A stretch of DNA of 64,000 nt, from assembly GCA_009694245.1 (NCBI GenBank), contig SHVO01000002.1:1741-65740 (forward strand), written 5' to 3'. Both the position numbers and the translations under genes were made by a program. The notes under the pieces are model-generated. The model made no database searches. It worked only from the letters and a program-made list of their open reading frames with translations, and was not told where the DNA came from. The stretch comes from Rhodospirillaceae bacterium (GTDB lineage Bacteria; Pseudomonadota; Alphaproteobacteria; Rhodospirillales; Rhodospirillaceae). Of the stretch, positions 1 to 10,734 are shown in pieces (the stretch's first letter is position 1; every line of letters starts with the position of its first letter).

Positions 1-83
1 ACGGCCACATTATGATCGTCGAGAAGAACAATCTTCAAATCGCGGGCCTTGTCGAAGACTGGCTGAGCAAGCTGCCCCGATAA
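1..83 (+). CDS. C-terminal fragment of a CDS running off the window start (family unknown; tail resembles alpha/beta-hydrolase ends)
   Basis: Open frame 3..83 reads ...GHIMIVEKNNLQIAGLVEDWLSKLPR, followed by TAA at 81-83. Only 26 aa are visible, so the family is a guess. Confidence 0.3.
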   Translation, partial: GHIMIVEKNNLQIAGLVEDWLSKLPR

Positions 84-232
84 AGGCTGCTCACCTTCGG
101 AAATTCTCTTAGGACTTCCTGTCTCTTGCGCCTTGTGCCCCAGGCCTTACCTGAATAATCCAGGTGTTCGCACTTTCATTACCTTTGGCACGCCGCTGGA
201 AGCGTTCGGCTGCACGCGCCTTGCCTGTGCCG

Positions 233-799
233 CTAAGCGACGCGGATTTTCACAGCAAATCCCACGGCCGGGACGTTGCCTGCGTTATGCCAAGTGTGAT
301 TGGCGTTGCGCTGTACCAAGACGTCGCCGGCTTTCACGTGAACTTCATCGGCTTCAAGCACCCACGTGACTTCGCCGCTGACGAGGTAGGAATAGGCGAT
401 GGATTCGTCGCGATGCCAGCCTTTGATCGTTGCGCGGTCGAACTTCTCCTTCGTTGGGGGGATGGAGAAAAAGAATGCTTGGGTTCCGCCGTCGGGGAGA
501 TTCTTCGCCACGATGGGCGGCAACGGCGTGGCTTTGTCTCCGTCCTTCATGGGCCCAAAGATTTCGCCGGCGTTGGTGGACCACATCTGGTCGCGCTTGA
601 TCACCTCGTCCTTATAAATACAGGACTTTCCCTCGGCATTATTGGCCGAGACCACGCGGCGCACCGTTTCCGGGATAGAAGCCGCGGCAGCCTCAGCGTC
701 GCTCGCCTTGACGGACATCGCAGCCCCGAGCAGAGCGAAGCTGCGCGCGAGCGTTCTTTGGAGAAGTTCGCGCCGGTCTGTATCGAATTGCTCGATCAT
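233..799 (-). CDS. Cupin-domain protein with Tat-type signal peptide
   Basis: The N-terminus RRELLQRTLARSFALLGAAMSVKA has a twin-arginine plus hydrophobic core. The C-terminal part is cupin-like (GWHRDESIAYSYLVSGEVTWVLE...HTWHN). A strong GAGGAGG RBS lies just upstream of the ATG. Confidence 0.75.
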   Translation of the reverse strand: MIEQFDTDRRELLQRTLARSFALLGAAMSVKASDAEAAAASIPETVRRVVSANNAEGKSCIYKDEVIKRDQMWSTNAGEIFGPMKDGDKATPLPPIVAKNLPDGGTQAFFFSIPPTKEKFDRATIKGWHRDESIAYSYLVSGEVTWVLEADEVHVKAGDVLVQRNANHTWHNAGNVPAVGFAVKIRVA

Positions 800-900
800 G
801 TGAAGTCCTCCTCAGGAGCCACGACAGGCCTCTTTGAATGATCTGCGTTGAATGTTAGTTGAGCGGCCGCGTTTCGACCATGATCCGCTAGAAGGAGTGT

Positions 901-974
901 TGGCTGGGGGACTAGGATTCGAACCTAGACTAGCGGAGTCAGAGTCCGCGGTCCTACCGTTAGACGATCCCCCA
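901..974 (-). tRNA. tRNA-Gln (anticodon CUG)
   Basis: The reverse complement folds as a cloverleaf. Acceptor is TGGGGGA/TCCCCCA, anticodon arm is GCGGA-CTCTGAC-TCCGC (CTG at 34-36), T arm is CTAGG-TTCGAAT-CCTAG. CCA is encoded. Confidence 0.93.
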
Positions 975-1205
975 GCAATGAGAAACGCCTCCGACGTAAT
1001 ATAGGAGAGCGCGCCGGGCCGTGGAAGGACGGGATACTTGTCGAATCCGCCGCCGGTTTCAAGGTCTTTCACTAACGCCTTACGATCAATGCGCCCCTTT
1101 CCTCAGCACGGAGAAGCCGATAGCATGACCGCATATGTTAATTGGCCTTAGCGGAGGCTTGGCGCGCTATCCCGCCCCGCCTCCGTTCGCGGAAGGTTCG
1201 AGTGT

Positions 1206-2384
1206 ATGACCGATGACCCTCGGCCCGGCGTCAGTCCAGCGCCGGCCGCTGTCTGCCCGGGCGGAAACGGCGGTTCCCTCGCCCCAACGGGGTCGGGGCA
1301 GGTCTTCGCCGCCATCGACCTCGGGACCAACAGCTGCCGCATGTTGGTGGCGCGCCACAATCATGCTGAAAGTGGGCGCCCTGACGGCGCGCATCCCGAT
1401 GGCCCGCGCCCCGAAAACCCGCGCGCCGAAAACGCCCGCGCCGAATTCCGCGTCATCGACTCCTTTTCGCGCATCACCCGTCTCGGGGAGGGCGTAAGCG
1501 GCTCGGGCCGGTTGTCCGATGACGCCATGGACCGCACCATCGACGCCCTGAAGTGCTGCGCCGACAAGATGGATCGGCGCCGGGTCAGCGCCTCGCGCCA
1601 AGTGGCGACCGAAGCCTGCCGCCGCGCCGCCAACTGCTCCGAATTCCTCGATCGTGTTACCCGTGAGACCGGCCTCGCGCTGGAGATCATCTCTGCCGAG
1701 GAGGAAGCGACGTTGGCACTTAAAGGCTGCGCGGCGCTTTTGGATTTTGATATTCCTTACGCTCTGATTTTTGATATCGGCGGCGGCTCCACCGAAGTGC
1801 TTTTTGTGCAGATCGCCGACGCGCGCAACATCGCCGTGCAAGGCTGCATTTCGCTGCCCATGGGCGTGGTAACGGTGGCCGAGGATTGCGGTGGCGGCGA
1901 TCTGTGCGGGCGCACTTACCAGGCCGTCTCGGATCGCGTGCAGAAATTATTGGAACCCTTCGAGGCCGTCCACGGCATTCGCGACAAAATCGCAGCCGGT
2001 GTCACGCAGATGATCGGCACCTCGGGCACCGTGACGACTTTGGGCGGGTTGCATCTGGGGCTCAATCGATACGATCGCGCCGCCGTCGACGGCTTGATGC
2101 TCGACTTCGACGCCCTTCACGCTACCAGCCAGGCCTTGTGCGCCAAGACCTTGCAGCAGCGCGCCGCCGAACCCTGCATCGGCTGGCAACGGGCCGACTT
2201 GATGCTGGCCGGTTGCGCTATCCTCGAAGCCATCTGCCGCATGTGGCCCGTGGGCCGGCTGAAGGTCGCCGACCGGGGTTTACGCGAGGGCCTGCTGATG
2301 AATTTGATCCATCCGTCGACGTTGCGCGTCGAGCCGGGGCGCATGCATCCGGCATCGGCCCGGACTTCACCGTTACAGTCTTGA
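1206..2384 (+). CDS. ppx: Ppx/GppA family exopolyphosphatase / guanosine pentaphosphate phosphohydrolase
   Basis: Actin-like ATPase motifs AAIDLGTNSCRMLVA and IFDIGGGSTE are present. Length is 392 aa. Confidence 0.88.
   Translation: MTDDPRPGVSPAPAAVCPGGNGGSLAPTGSGQVFAAIDLGTNSCRMLVARHNHAESGRPDGAHPDGPRPENPRAENARAEFRVIDSFSRITRLGEGVSGSGRLSDDAMDRTIDALKCCADKMDRRRVSASRQVATEACRRAANCSEFLDRVTRETGLALEIISAEEEATLALKGCAALLDFDIPYALIFDIGGGSTEVLFVQIADARNIAVQGCISLPMGVVTVAEDCGGGDLCGRTYQAVSDRVQKLLEPFEAVHGIRDKIAAGVTQMIGTSGTVTTLGGLHLGLNRYDRAAVDGLMLDFDALHATSQALCAKTLQQRAAEPCIGWQRADLMLAGCAILEAICRMWPVGRLKVADRGLREGLLMNLIHPSTLRVEPGRMHPASARTSPLQS
1404..1448. repeat. In-frame 15-bp tandem repeat (3 copies) inside ppx
   Basis: CGCGCC(CC)GAAAAC / CGCGCCGAAAAC / CGCGCCGAATTC recur at a 15-nt period. 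They encode ...PRPENPRAENARAEF... between conserved Ppx blocks. Confidence 0.7.
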
Positions 2385-3142
2385 GCCAAGGCAAGCGCGG
2401 CGGCGCGAAAGGCCGTGCGCCCGGCAAGCAAGGCGGAAGCCGTGAAGGCGGTAGTGGCGGCAGCGGGCGCGGCGCCAGCGGGCGGGGCCTCGCGGTGCGC
2501 GTCAAGACCGCGCGCGGGCGCAAGATCGGCTCACAGATTTGGCTGCAGCGGCAGTTGAACGATCCCTATGTAATGCGCGCGAAGGCGGCGGGTTATCGCA
2601 GCCGCGCGGCCTTCAAGCTGATCGAGCTGGACGACCGGTTCAAGTTTCTTGTCCCCGGCAAGAAAGTGGTCGATCTGGGTGCAGCACCCGGCGGCTGGAC
2701 GCAAATCGCCGTGGATCGCGTCAAGGCCGGCGCGCCGGGAGGCGGCAAGGTGATCGGCATCGACGTCAATCCATGGCTGCCCGTGGCCGATGCCACCTGC
2801 CTGACCCTCGATTTTCTCGACCCCGCGGCGCCCGACGCCCTGAAACAAGCCCTGGGCGGCAAGGCCGATGTGGTGCTGAGCGACATGGCTGCGCCGGCTA
2901 CGGGCCACGGCGCCACCGACCACATCCGGATCATGGCGCTGGCCGAAACCGCGTGGATGTTCGCCGAGGAGGTTTTGGCGCCGGGCGGCGTATTCGTCTG
3001 CAAGGTCTTCCAGGGCGGCACCGAGGCCGGATTGTTGAAACAGATCAAATCGCGCTGCAGCGTCGTGCGCCATGCCAAGCCTCCGGCCAGCCGCAAGGAG
3101 TCCGCCGAGGTCTATGTGGTCGGCCTTGAATTCAAAGGCTGA
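2381..3142 (+). CDS. rlmE: 23S rRNA (uridine2552-2'-O)-methyltransferase RlmE/FtsJ
   Basis: Motifs WLQRQLNDPYV, VVDLGAAPGGWTQ (SAM motif) and DVVLSDMAP are present. The tracked ORF starts at 1886 but overlaps ppx. I place the start at TTG 2381, overlapping the ppx stop (TTGA); this start is uncertain. Confidence 0.85.
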   Translation: MSQGKRGGAKGRAPGKQGGSREGGSGGSGRGASGRGLAVRVKTARGRKIGSQIWLQRQLNDPYVMRAKAAGYRSRAAFKLIELDDRFKFLVPGKKVVDLGAAPGGWTQIAVDRVKAGAPGGGKVIGIDVNPWLPVADATCLTLDFLDPAAPDALKQALGGKADVVLSDMAAPATGHGATDHIRIMALAETAWMFAEEVLAPGGVFVCKVFQGGTEAGLLKQIKSRCSVVRHAKPPASRKESAEVYVVGLEFKG

Positions 3143-3200
3143 ATCGGCGCTGAAAGGCGGATCGCGCCGCCCTTGTCACCCTATTTGAATCATGTCATAA

Positions 3201-4736
<1,536 letters not shown>

Positions 4737-4766
4737 CCATTTGCGCGCCTTCATGGGCGTAGCGTC

Positions 4767-6068
4767 ATGACCCCCGCGTCCCGCATCCAGGCTGTCATCG
4801 AAGTCTTGGACGAAGTTCTCGCCACGGACCGCGCCGCCGACGGCGTGATCTCGGCCTATTTTCGCCCACGGCGTTACATCGGCGCCGGCGATCGCCGCGC
4901 GATATCCGACCAGCTCTGGCGGATCCTGCGCCACCGCGCCCGCCTGACCTGGGCTCTGGGGACCGACCATCCGTCCGGGCGGCTGTTCGTCGCCGCCAAC
5001 CTGGTGCGCGGCGAGGGCAAGTCGGTGGATGCGATCGCCGGGCTTTTTTCCGGCGCCAAGAACGGCCCATCGCCCTTGGCCGCCAACGAAAAGCGCATGG
5101 CCGAGCGCGTTGCCGAACGGCCCGCCGGCCGCGATGATTCCGCCATGCCGCGCGAAGTGCGATTGGAGTGTCCGTGGTGGCTTCTGGAGAAGTTCGACGC
5201 GGCTTTCGGGGCCGAGGCCGACCTAGAACTGGCCGCGCTCGACAGTGAAGCCGCCTTGGACTTGAGGGTCAACACGCTCAAGGCCAGCCGAGACGATGTT
5301 CTCGCCAAATTCAAAGCCGAAGAGCAAGCCGCCGCAGCGACGCCGCTGTCGCCCTTGGGTATTCGCCTGCCGGCGCGCATCAGCCTCGGCGATCACGCCG
5401 GCTTTCGCGACGGTCTGTTCGAGGTCCAGGACGAGGCGTCGCAACTCTGCGCGCAATTGGTCGACGCGCGGCCGGGACAGACGGTCATGGATTTCTGCGC
5501 CGGCGCCGGTGGCAAGACCCTGGCCATGGCGGCGGCAATGGAGAACAAGGGCCGGCTGATCGCTTGTGATGTCTCCATCGGCCGCCTGGAAAGATCGAAG
5601 CTGCGTTTGCGCCGCTCAGGCGTACATAACGCCACCTTGCGCATCCTCGAAGACAACGACAAATGGGTGCGGCGCCAAGCCGGCAGCTTCGACCGCGTTC
5701 TGGTGGATGCGCCGTGTTCCGGCACCGGCGCCTGGCGGCGCAACCCCGATGCGCGTTGGCACCTCAAACCGGAAAATCTCGAGTCCCTGCGCGCGACCCA
5801 AGATAATGTGCTCGATCAGGGCGCGCCCTTGGTGAAACTTGGCGGACGCTTGATTTACGCGACCTGTTCCTTGCTCCCCGAGGAAAACACCCAGCGGGTT
5901 GAAGCGTTCCTGGCCCGGCACCCGGGTTTCCGGCCTATGCCCATGGCCGAGGTCTGGGCCGGCGTCTTGTCCACGGCCTGCCCAACAGCAGAGAATTTTC
6001 TCACATTGACGCCTTTTCGCCACGGCTCCGACGGGTTTTTTGTGGCGGTTCTCGAGCGCATTACGTAG
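4767..6068 (+). CDS. rsmB: RsmB/NOP (Sun) family 16S rRNA m5C methyltransferase
   Basis: Motifs [30 protein letters not shown] and YATCSL are present. Confidence 0.88.
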   Translation: MTPASRIQAVIEVLDEVLATDRAADGVISAYFRPRRYIGAGDRRAISDQLWRILRHRARLTWALGTDHPSGRLFVAANLVRGEGKSVDAIAGLFSGAKNGPSPLAANEKRMAERVAERPAGRDDSAMPREVRLECPWWLLEKFDAAFGAEADLELAALDSEAALDLRVNTLKASRDDVLAKFKAEEQAAAATPLSPLGIRLPARISLGDHAGFRDGLFEVQDEASQLCAQLVDARPGQTVMDFCAGAGGKTLAMAAAMENKGRLIACDVSIGRLERSKLRLRRSGVHNATLRILEDNDKWVRRQAGSFDRVLVDAPCSGTGAWRRNPDARWHLKPENLESLRATQDNVLDQGAPLVKLGGRLIYATCSLLPEENTQRVEAFLARHPGFRPMPMAEVWAGVLSTACPTAENFLTLTPFRHGSDGFFVAVLERIT

Positions 6069-6115
6069 AGAAGAGGCCCCAAAGGCCGCCCCAAAGGACG
6101 CTGGCACGCACGCAT

Positions 6116-7669
6116 ATGACCGACCGCATCCTGATCATCGATTTCGGCTCTCAGGTCACGCAGCTGATCGCGCGCCGCGTGCGCGAAATCGGAGTCTATT
6201 GCGAGATCCATCCCTTCAACAAAGTGACGGAAGCCTCGCTTCAGGCCTTCGCGCCCAGGGGCATCATCCTCTCCGGCGGACCATCGTCGGTGCTCGACAT
6301 CGGCACACCGCGTGCGGCCGATGTCATATTCAAATGCGGCGTGCCGGTCCTTGGCATCTGCTACGGCCAGCAAACCATGGTGGCGCAATTGGGCGGGCGG
6401 GTTGAGGGATCCAGCCACCGCGAATTTGGCCGGGCCTTTGTCAACGTTACCGAGAACTGCGCGCTGTTCGACGGCGTCTGGATCGCCGGCGGGCGGGAGC
6501 AGGTGTGGATGAGCCACGGCGATCGGGTGGTGTCATTGCCGCCCGGATTCAAAGTCGTCGGCGTCAGCGAAGGCGCGCCGTTCGCCGCCATTGCCGACCA
6601 GGCGCGGCGGCTCTACGGCCTGCAGTTTCATCCCGAGGTCGTGCATACGCCCCATGGCGCGCTGCTCTACCGCAAATTCGTGCGCGATATCTGCGGCTGC
6701 CGCGGCGACTGGACCATGGCCGCCTTCCGCGCCCAGGCGGTTGCAAAGGTCAAAGCCCAAGTCGGTGGCGGCCGTGTAATCTGCGGACTGTCGGGCGGAG
6801 TCGATTCCTCTGTAGTCGCGGCCCTGATCCACGAAGCCATCGGCGACCAGTTGACCTGCGTCCTGGTCGATCACGGCCTGATGCGATTGGGCGAAACCGA
6901 GCAGGTAGTGCGCGTTTTCCGCGACCGCTTCAATGTGCGCCTGGTGGTGCGCGAGGCCTCAAAATTGTTTCTGGGTAAGCTTGCCGGTGAAACCGATCCG
7001 GAAAAGAAGCGTAAAGCCATCGGCGCAACCTTTATCGATGTCTTCGAGGAGGAGGCCAAAAAAATCGGCGGCGCTGACTTCCTCGCCCAAGGCACGCTCT
7101 ATCCCGATGTCATCGAGTCGGTGTCGTTTCACGGCGGTCCCAGCGTGACCATCAAGTCCCATCACAACGTCGGCGGCTTGCCGGCCCGCATGAACATGAA
7201 ACTGGTCGAGCCCTTGCGCGAGCTGTTCAAGGACGAAGTGCGCGTGCTGGGCAAAGAACTCGGCCTGCCCGATGAGATGGTCGGGCGCCAGCCGTTTCCG
7301 GGCCCGGGCCTCGCGATCCGCATTCCCGGCCAGGAGATCACGCGCGAGCGCTTAGATATCCTGCGCAAGACCGACGCGATTTATCTCGAGGAAATCCGGG
7401 CCGCCGGGCTCTACGATGCCATCTGGCAGGCCTTCGCCGTGCTGCTGCCGGTGCGCACCGTCGGCGTCATGGGCGATTCGCGCTCCTACGACTACGCTGT
7501 GGCCCTGCGCGCCGTCACCTCCACCGACGGCATGACCGCGGACTTCTATCATTTCGACATGGAATTCCTGGGCCGCGTCGCCAACCGGATTATCAATGAG
7601 GTCAAGGGTGTCAACCGCGTCACGTACGATGTGACTTCGAAGCCGCCGGGCACGATTGAGTGGGAGTAA
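6116..7669 (+). CDS. guaA: GMP synthase (glutamine-hydrolysing)
   Basis: GATase motif GICYGQQ, PP-loop [10 protein letters not shown], and the conserved terminus PPGTIEWE-stop are present. Confidence 0.97.
   Translation: MTDRILIIDFGSQVTQLIARRVREIGVYCEIHPFNKVTEASLQAFAPRGIILSGGPSSVLDIGTPRAADVIFKCGVPVLGICYGQQTMVAQLGGRVEGSSHREFGRAFVNVTENCALFDGVWIAGGREQVWMSHGDRVVSLPPGFKVVGVSEGAPFAAIADQARRLYGLQFHPEVVHTPHGALLYRKFVRDICGCRGDWTMAAFRAQAVAKVKAQVGGGRVICGLSGGVDSSVVAALIHEAIGDQLTCVLVDHGLMRLGETEQVVRVFRDRFNVRLVVREASKLFLGKLAGETDPEKKRKAIGATFIDVFEEEAKKIGGADFLAQGTLYPDVIESVSFHGGPSVTIKSHHNVGGLPARMNMKLVEPLRELFKDEVRVLGKELGLPDEMVGRQPFPGPGLAIRIPGQEITRERLDILRKTDAIYLEEIRAAGLYDAIWQAFAVLLPVRTVGVMGDSRSYDYAVALRAVTSTDGMTADFYHFDMEFLGRVANRIINEVKGVNRVTYDVTSKPPGTIEWE
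7657..7667. repeat. Left copy of the direct repeat TGAGTGGGAGT (last codons of guaA); attL-like
   Basis: An identical 11-mer recurs at 8501-8511. Imperfect similarity continues for about 7 nt. Confidence 0.55.
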
Positions 7670-8500
7670 GCGGTAAACAGTGGCGATGGATCGTATAGGT
7701 GCCTTGAACGTCTCTTGCTCTAAACCCTAAAAACCTCTGCTAATCGAGCATAAGCGCCTTTGCCCACGCGTGCGAGTGGGTTGAATGCTTTCACATCAAT
7801 CCGCAAACGCCCTTTCGCATCAAGCGCGCCCACATCCTCGCGGACCCACAGACGGGTGATTTCGGCAAACACCACAATTTGGTCTGTATTGCCCACGCGT
7901 GTGAACTGCCGCGCAATGCAGCCCATAGACACCGGCGCTGCTGTCACGCGCGGGATGGACCAGTTCCAGTCGCTCAAAGCGATATTAAATGTCTTGGTTT
8001 CACTTTGTCCCGCCGGCAAATCTTCCGAGGAATTTTGCATATCCTTCGCTTGATCGACACACGCTAAACTAATGACGCACTCCGGATGAGTTCTCAAATT
8101 GCGATGCGTATCTTTGATCTTTCCAGCCATACCATCACCAATTGAAAACATGACCATCGGTGGGTCACTGGTGATGCCGTTAAAGTAAGAAAAAGGCGCG
8201 AGGTTCCAGCGTTCGTCTCCATGTTTTATACCGTTATCGCTTAAGACCCAGGCAATGGGTCGAGGAATAATGATCTGGCTAAAGAGGGCATAGGAATCGC
8301 TCTCGGAGAGACCTTGCAGTTCAACGTCCATTTAGTTTCAAACTCCAAATTCTTTGATTTTAGGCAAGGTTTGCGGGTGACGCTTGATGGGGTTGGGATT
8401 TTTTGCAGCACCAAGTTTTTCACATAGGAAAAACTTACAAAGTAGGTATAAACAAAATACAAGTTATTGAAATATATGAGAAAAAACAGACCATTCCTAC
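7668..8500. mobile_element. Putative decayed integrative islet (about 0.83 kb, low GC, no integrase) inserted at the guaA 3' end
   Basis: The segment is visibly AT-richer than its flanks. It is bounded by the 11-nt direct repeat that duplicates the guaA E-W-E-stop codons. It carries a single cargo ORF. Confidence 0.4.
7720..8331 (-). CDS. Flavin reductase-like FMN-binding domain protein
   Basis: RPIAWVLS...WNLAPFSYFNGITSDPPMVMFSI resembles flavin reductase-like domains. GGAG lies about 12 nt upstream of the ATG. Codon and GC composition are atypical for the window. Confidence 0.7.
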   Translation of the reverse strand: MDVELQGLSESDSYALFSQIIIPRPIAWVLSDNGIKHGDERWNLAPFSYFNGITSDPPMVMFSIGDGMAGKIKDTHRNLRTHPECVISLACVDQAKDMQNSSEDLPAGQSETKTFNIALSDWNWSIPRVTAAPVSMGCIARQFTRVGNTDQIVVFAEITRLWVREDVGALDAKGRLRIDVKAFNPLARVGKGAYARLAEVFRV

Positions 8501-8511
8501 TGAGTGGGAGT
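8501..8511. repeat. Right copy of the direct repeat TGAGTGGGAGT; attR-like
   Basis: In context it reads ACT GAG TGG GAG TGA (T-E-W-E-stop). This mimics the GMP synthase C-terminus. Confidence 0.55.
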
Positions 8512-8550
8512 GAAGGGTTGAGCCTTGCGCGGCAGCCGGGCGAAGGCTAT

Positions 8551-8570
8551 TCTTACTGGTGCCAGTAAGA
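8551..8570. promoter_or_regulatory. Perfect palindrome TCTTACTGG-TG-CCAGTAAGA, candidate VapB operator
   Basis: Two 9-bp arms with a 2-nt spacer end 13 nt before the vapB ATG. AbrB-type antitoxins commonly autoregulate through such palindromes. Confidence 0.5.
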
Positions 8571-8583
8571 AAGGGTTCTCCTC

Positions 8584-8865
8584 ATGCGTATCACCGCCAA
8601 GGGGCAGGTGACCATCCCCCAGGACCTGCGCGAACGCGCCGGCCTGATGCCCGGCACCGACGTAGAGTTCAAACTGGTGGCCGGCGGCGTGCGTCTGGTC
8701 AAGGCCAAACCGGGTCGGCGCCAGACCCGCGGCCAGAAGCTGGTCGCCGGCCTGCGTGGTAAGGGCGAATTCAAGATGACGATGGATGAAATCCTCGCTG
8801 CCATGCGCGGGCCGTCGGCGGACACGGATACGGGCACCGGCAAGGAATCGCCGCGGCGCAAATGA
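8584..8865 (+). CDS. vapB: AbrB/SpoVT-fold antitoxin (VapB-like)
   Basis: MRITAKGQVTIPQDLRERAGL is a typical AbrB/MazE swapped-hairpin N-terminus. There is a 4-nt ATGA overlap with the downstream PIN gene. Confidence 0.85.
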   Translation: MRITAKGQVTIPQDLRERAGLMPGTDVEFKLVAGGVRLVKAKPGRRQTRGQKLVAGLRGKGEFKMTMDEILAAMRGPSADTDTGTGKESPRRK

Positions 8866-9263
8866 TCCTGGTCGATTCCAACGTAATCATCGACGTTCTT
8901 TCGCAGGACCCCGCGTGGCACTCCTGGTCCGAGGCGGCCTTGGCCCATGCCGCGGATCATGACGAGATCGCCATCAATCCCATTATCTATGCCGAAATTT
9001 CGCTCGGCTTCGCCACCATGAAGGCCTTGGATGCCGAACTCGGCGTTGGCGAATTCCGCCGGCTGCCGCTGCCTTACGAAGCGGGGTTTGTCGCCGGCCG
9101 GGCATTTGTAGAATATCGCCGCCGCGGCGGGACGCGGTTGTCGCCGCTGCCCGATTTCTACATCGGCGGCCATGCCGCGGTCGCTGGCCTTCGGCTGCTG
9201 ACCCGGGATGCGAGACGCTATGTCGGCTATTTTCCGAACGTCGCGTTGATCTCGCCGGGATAG
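8862..9263 (+). CDS. vapC: PIN-domain ribonuclease toxin (VapC-like)
   Basis: MILVDSNVIIDVL carries the first acidic PIN residue. Further acidic positions and LLTRD lie near the C-terminus. Length is 133 aa. Confidence 0.85.
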   Translation: MILVDSNVIIDVLSQDPAWHSWSEAALAHAADHDEIAINPIIYAEISLGFATMKALDAELGVGEFRRLPLPYEAGFVAGRAFVEYRRRGGTRLSPLPDFYIGGHAAVAGLRLLTRDARRYVGYFPNVALISPG

Positions 9264-9282
9264 CCTCGCCCGCCTCGCACTG

Positions 9283-9308
9283 CTTCACCCCGCCGCTTCA
9301 CCCCGCCG
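9283..9308. repeat. Exact 13-bp tandem duplication CTTCACCCCGCCG x2
   Basis: The two units are adjacent and identical. The second contains the stop codon of the minus-strand MFS gene. Confidence 0.8.
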
Positions 9309-10545
9309 TCGCGATCCCGCCTGGCGTCGGCTGAAACAACCGGCCCTTTTCAGTGATCAGCACCGCGACCAGGCTGGCAAGGGCGCAGACCACGAAGCCC
9401 ACCATCAGCGGCCTCACCGTGCCGTCGAAATTCTGACCGATTATGAACCCGAGCAGGGCGCCGCCGATGGTTGTGCAAGAGCCCTGCACCGACGCGGCCG
9501 TTCCGGCCAAATGTCCGAGGGGCTCCATGGCCATGGCGCCGAAATTCGGCCCGACCAGGCCAAAGCAAAACATGATGCCTGCTTGAAATACCGTAAAGGT
9601 CCAGAGGTTCTCATAACCGGCGAATACGATCCCGCCGTGGACCACGGCAAAGACGGTGTAGCCCAAGAGCGCGCTGTGCGACACCCGCCGCGTGCCCAAC
9701 CTGCCGACAATGCGGGCGTTGAACAGCGAAGCGATCGCCATAAAGCCGGCGATCGCGGCAAAATTCAGCGTGAAGTACAGGGGCTCATCGAAGACCTCGA
9801 CAAAGACCTGCTGGGCCGAATTGATGAAGCCGAAAAGTCCGCCGAGCACGAGGGTCATGGCGAGCATGTAGCCGACCGCGATCCGGTTGGTGAGCGTGAC
9901 GCGGAAGGCCTGCGCGACGGCCGCGACCGACATCGGCAAACGGTCTTCGGCATGGAGGGTCTCGGGCAGGCGGAGCGCGATCCACGTCATCACCCCGGCG
10001 CCGTAGATTGCCAAGCTGGCGAAGATCCAGCGCCACGGCGCCACCAGAAGAACCAGCTGGCCAAGAGATGGCGCCAGGATCGGCACCGCCAGGAATACGA
10101 TGAGTGTCAGCGACATGACACGCGCCATCTGCCGGCCGGAGAAACGGTCGCGCACAATCGATACCACCAACACGCGGCTCGCCGCCGCGCCGATGCCCTG
10201 TGCAACCCGCGCCGCCAGCAGCATGTCGAAAGACGTCGCCAAGGCCGAGACCAGGCTAAAAACAATATAAATGGCAATGCCGCTTTGAAGGACGCGCCTG
10301 CGACCAAACCGATCGGCCAGCGGACCGAAGATGATCTGTGCCACACCAAAGCCCATCAAGTAGGCGCTGATCACCCATTGCCGGTCGTTCTCCATACCCA
10401 CGCCCAGGTCATGACCGATGGCGGCCAGGGCCGGCATCATCGAGTCGATCGCGAGCGCATTGACCGCCATGATCGCGGCGACCAGAGCCACGAACTGCTT
10501 GAATCCGATTTCTCCTGGCGGGGTCGGAGCGACTCCGGCGCGCAT
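9298..10545 (-). CDS. MFS transporter, Bcr/CflA-like drug:H+ antiporter
   Basis: The protein has about 12 hydrophobic segments and MFS motif A, GPLADRFGRRRVL. The start is set at internal ATG 10545 (MRAGVAPTPP...); the tracked ORF extends to 10635. Confidence 0.85.
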   Translation of the reverse strand: MRAGVAPTPPGEIGFKQFVALVAAIMAVNALAIDSMMPALAAIGHDLGVGMENDRQWVISAYLMGFGVAQIIFGPLADRFGRRRVLQSGIAIYIVFSLVSALATSFDMLLAARVAQGIGAAASRVLVVSIVRDRFSGRQMARVMSLTLIVFLAVPILAPSLGQLVLLVAPWRWIFASLAIYGAGVMTWIALRLPETLHAEDRLPMSVAAVAQAFRVTLTNRIAVGYMLAMTLVLGGLFGFINSAQQVFVEVFDEPLYFTLNFAAIAGFMAIASLFNARIVGRLGTRRVSHSALLGYTVFAVVHGGIVFAGYENLWTFTVFQAGIMFCFGLVGPNFGAMAMEPLGHLAGTAASVQGSCTTIGGALLGFIIGQNFDGTVRPLMVGFVVCALASLVAVLITEKGRLFQPTPGGIATAG

Positions 10546-10734
10546 TGTCGTCAAAAGCCCCTTAGTGGATGGTCCGGTGCGAATTCCGTTCGAACGGCCC
10601 GAACGCCAGCCGAAGGTCGAGGCCCACCTTTTCACATAGAAATGGTTTGCGCGCCACGGTGTTCGCGGGGGATGATGCGTGCTGAAAATGCTCTAATAGT
10701 CACGGGAGTCGCTACCGTGGGTGCCGCCGATAGT

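Noticed and set aside
1886-2380. N-terminal 165 codons of the tracked 418-aa rlmE ORF
   Set aside because: This part overlaps the ppx coding frame and has no RlmE similarity. The RlmE homology begins shortly after the TTG at 2381.
8241-8462. 73-aa minus-strand ORF in the AT-rich part of the islet
   Set aside because: It overlaps the 5' end of the flavin reductase gene in another frame and extends into promoter-like AT-rich DNA. It has no RBS and no recognisable features.
9511-10734. First two thirds of a 644-aa plus-strand ORF
   Set aside because: It runs antisense to the well-supported MFS transporter. The translation is Arg/His/Asp/Gln-rich junk, typical of shadow frames in GC-rich DNA. 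Only the last approximately 237 codons (the methyltransferase) look real.
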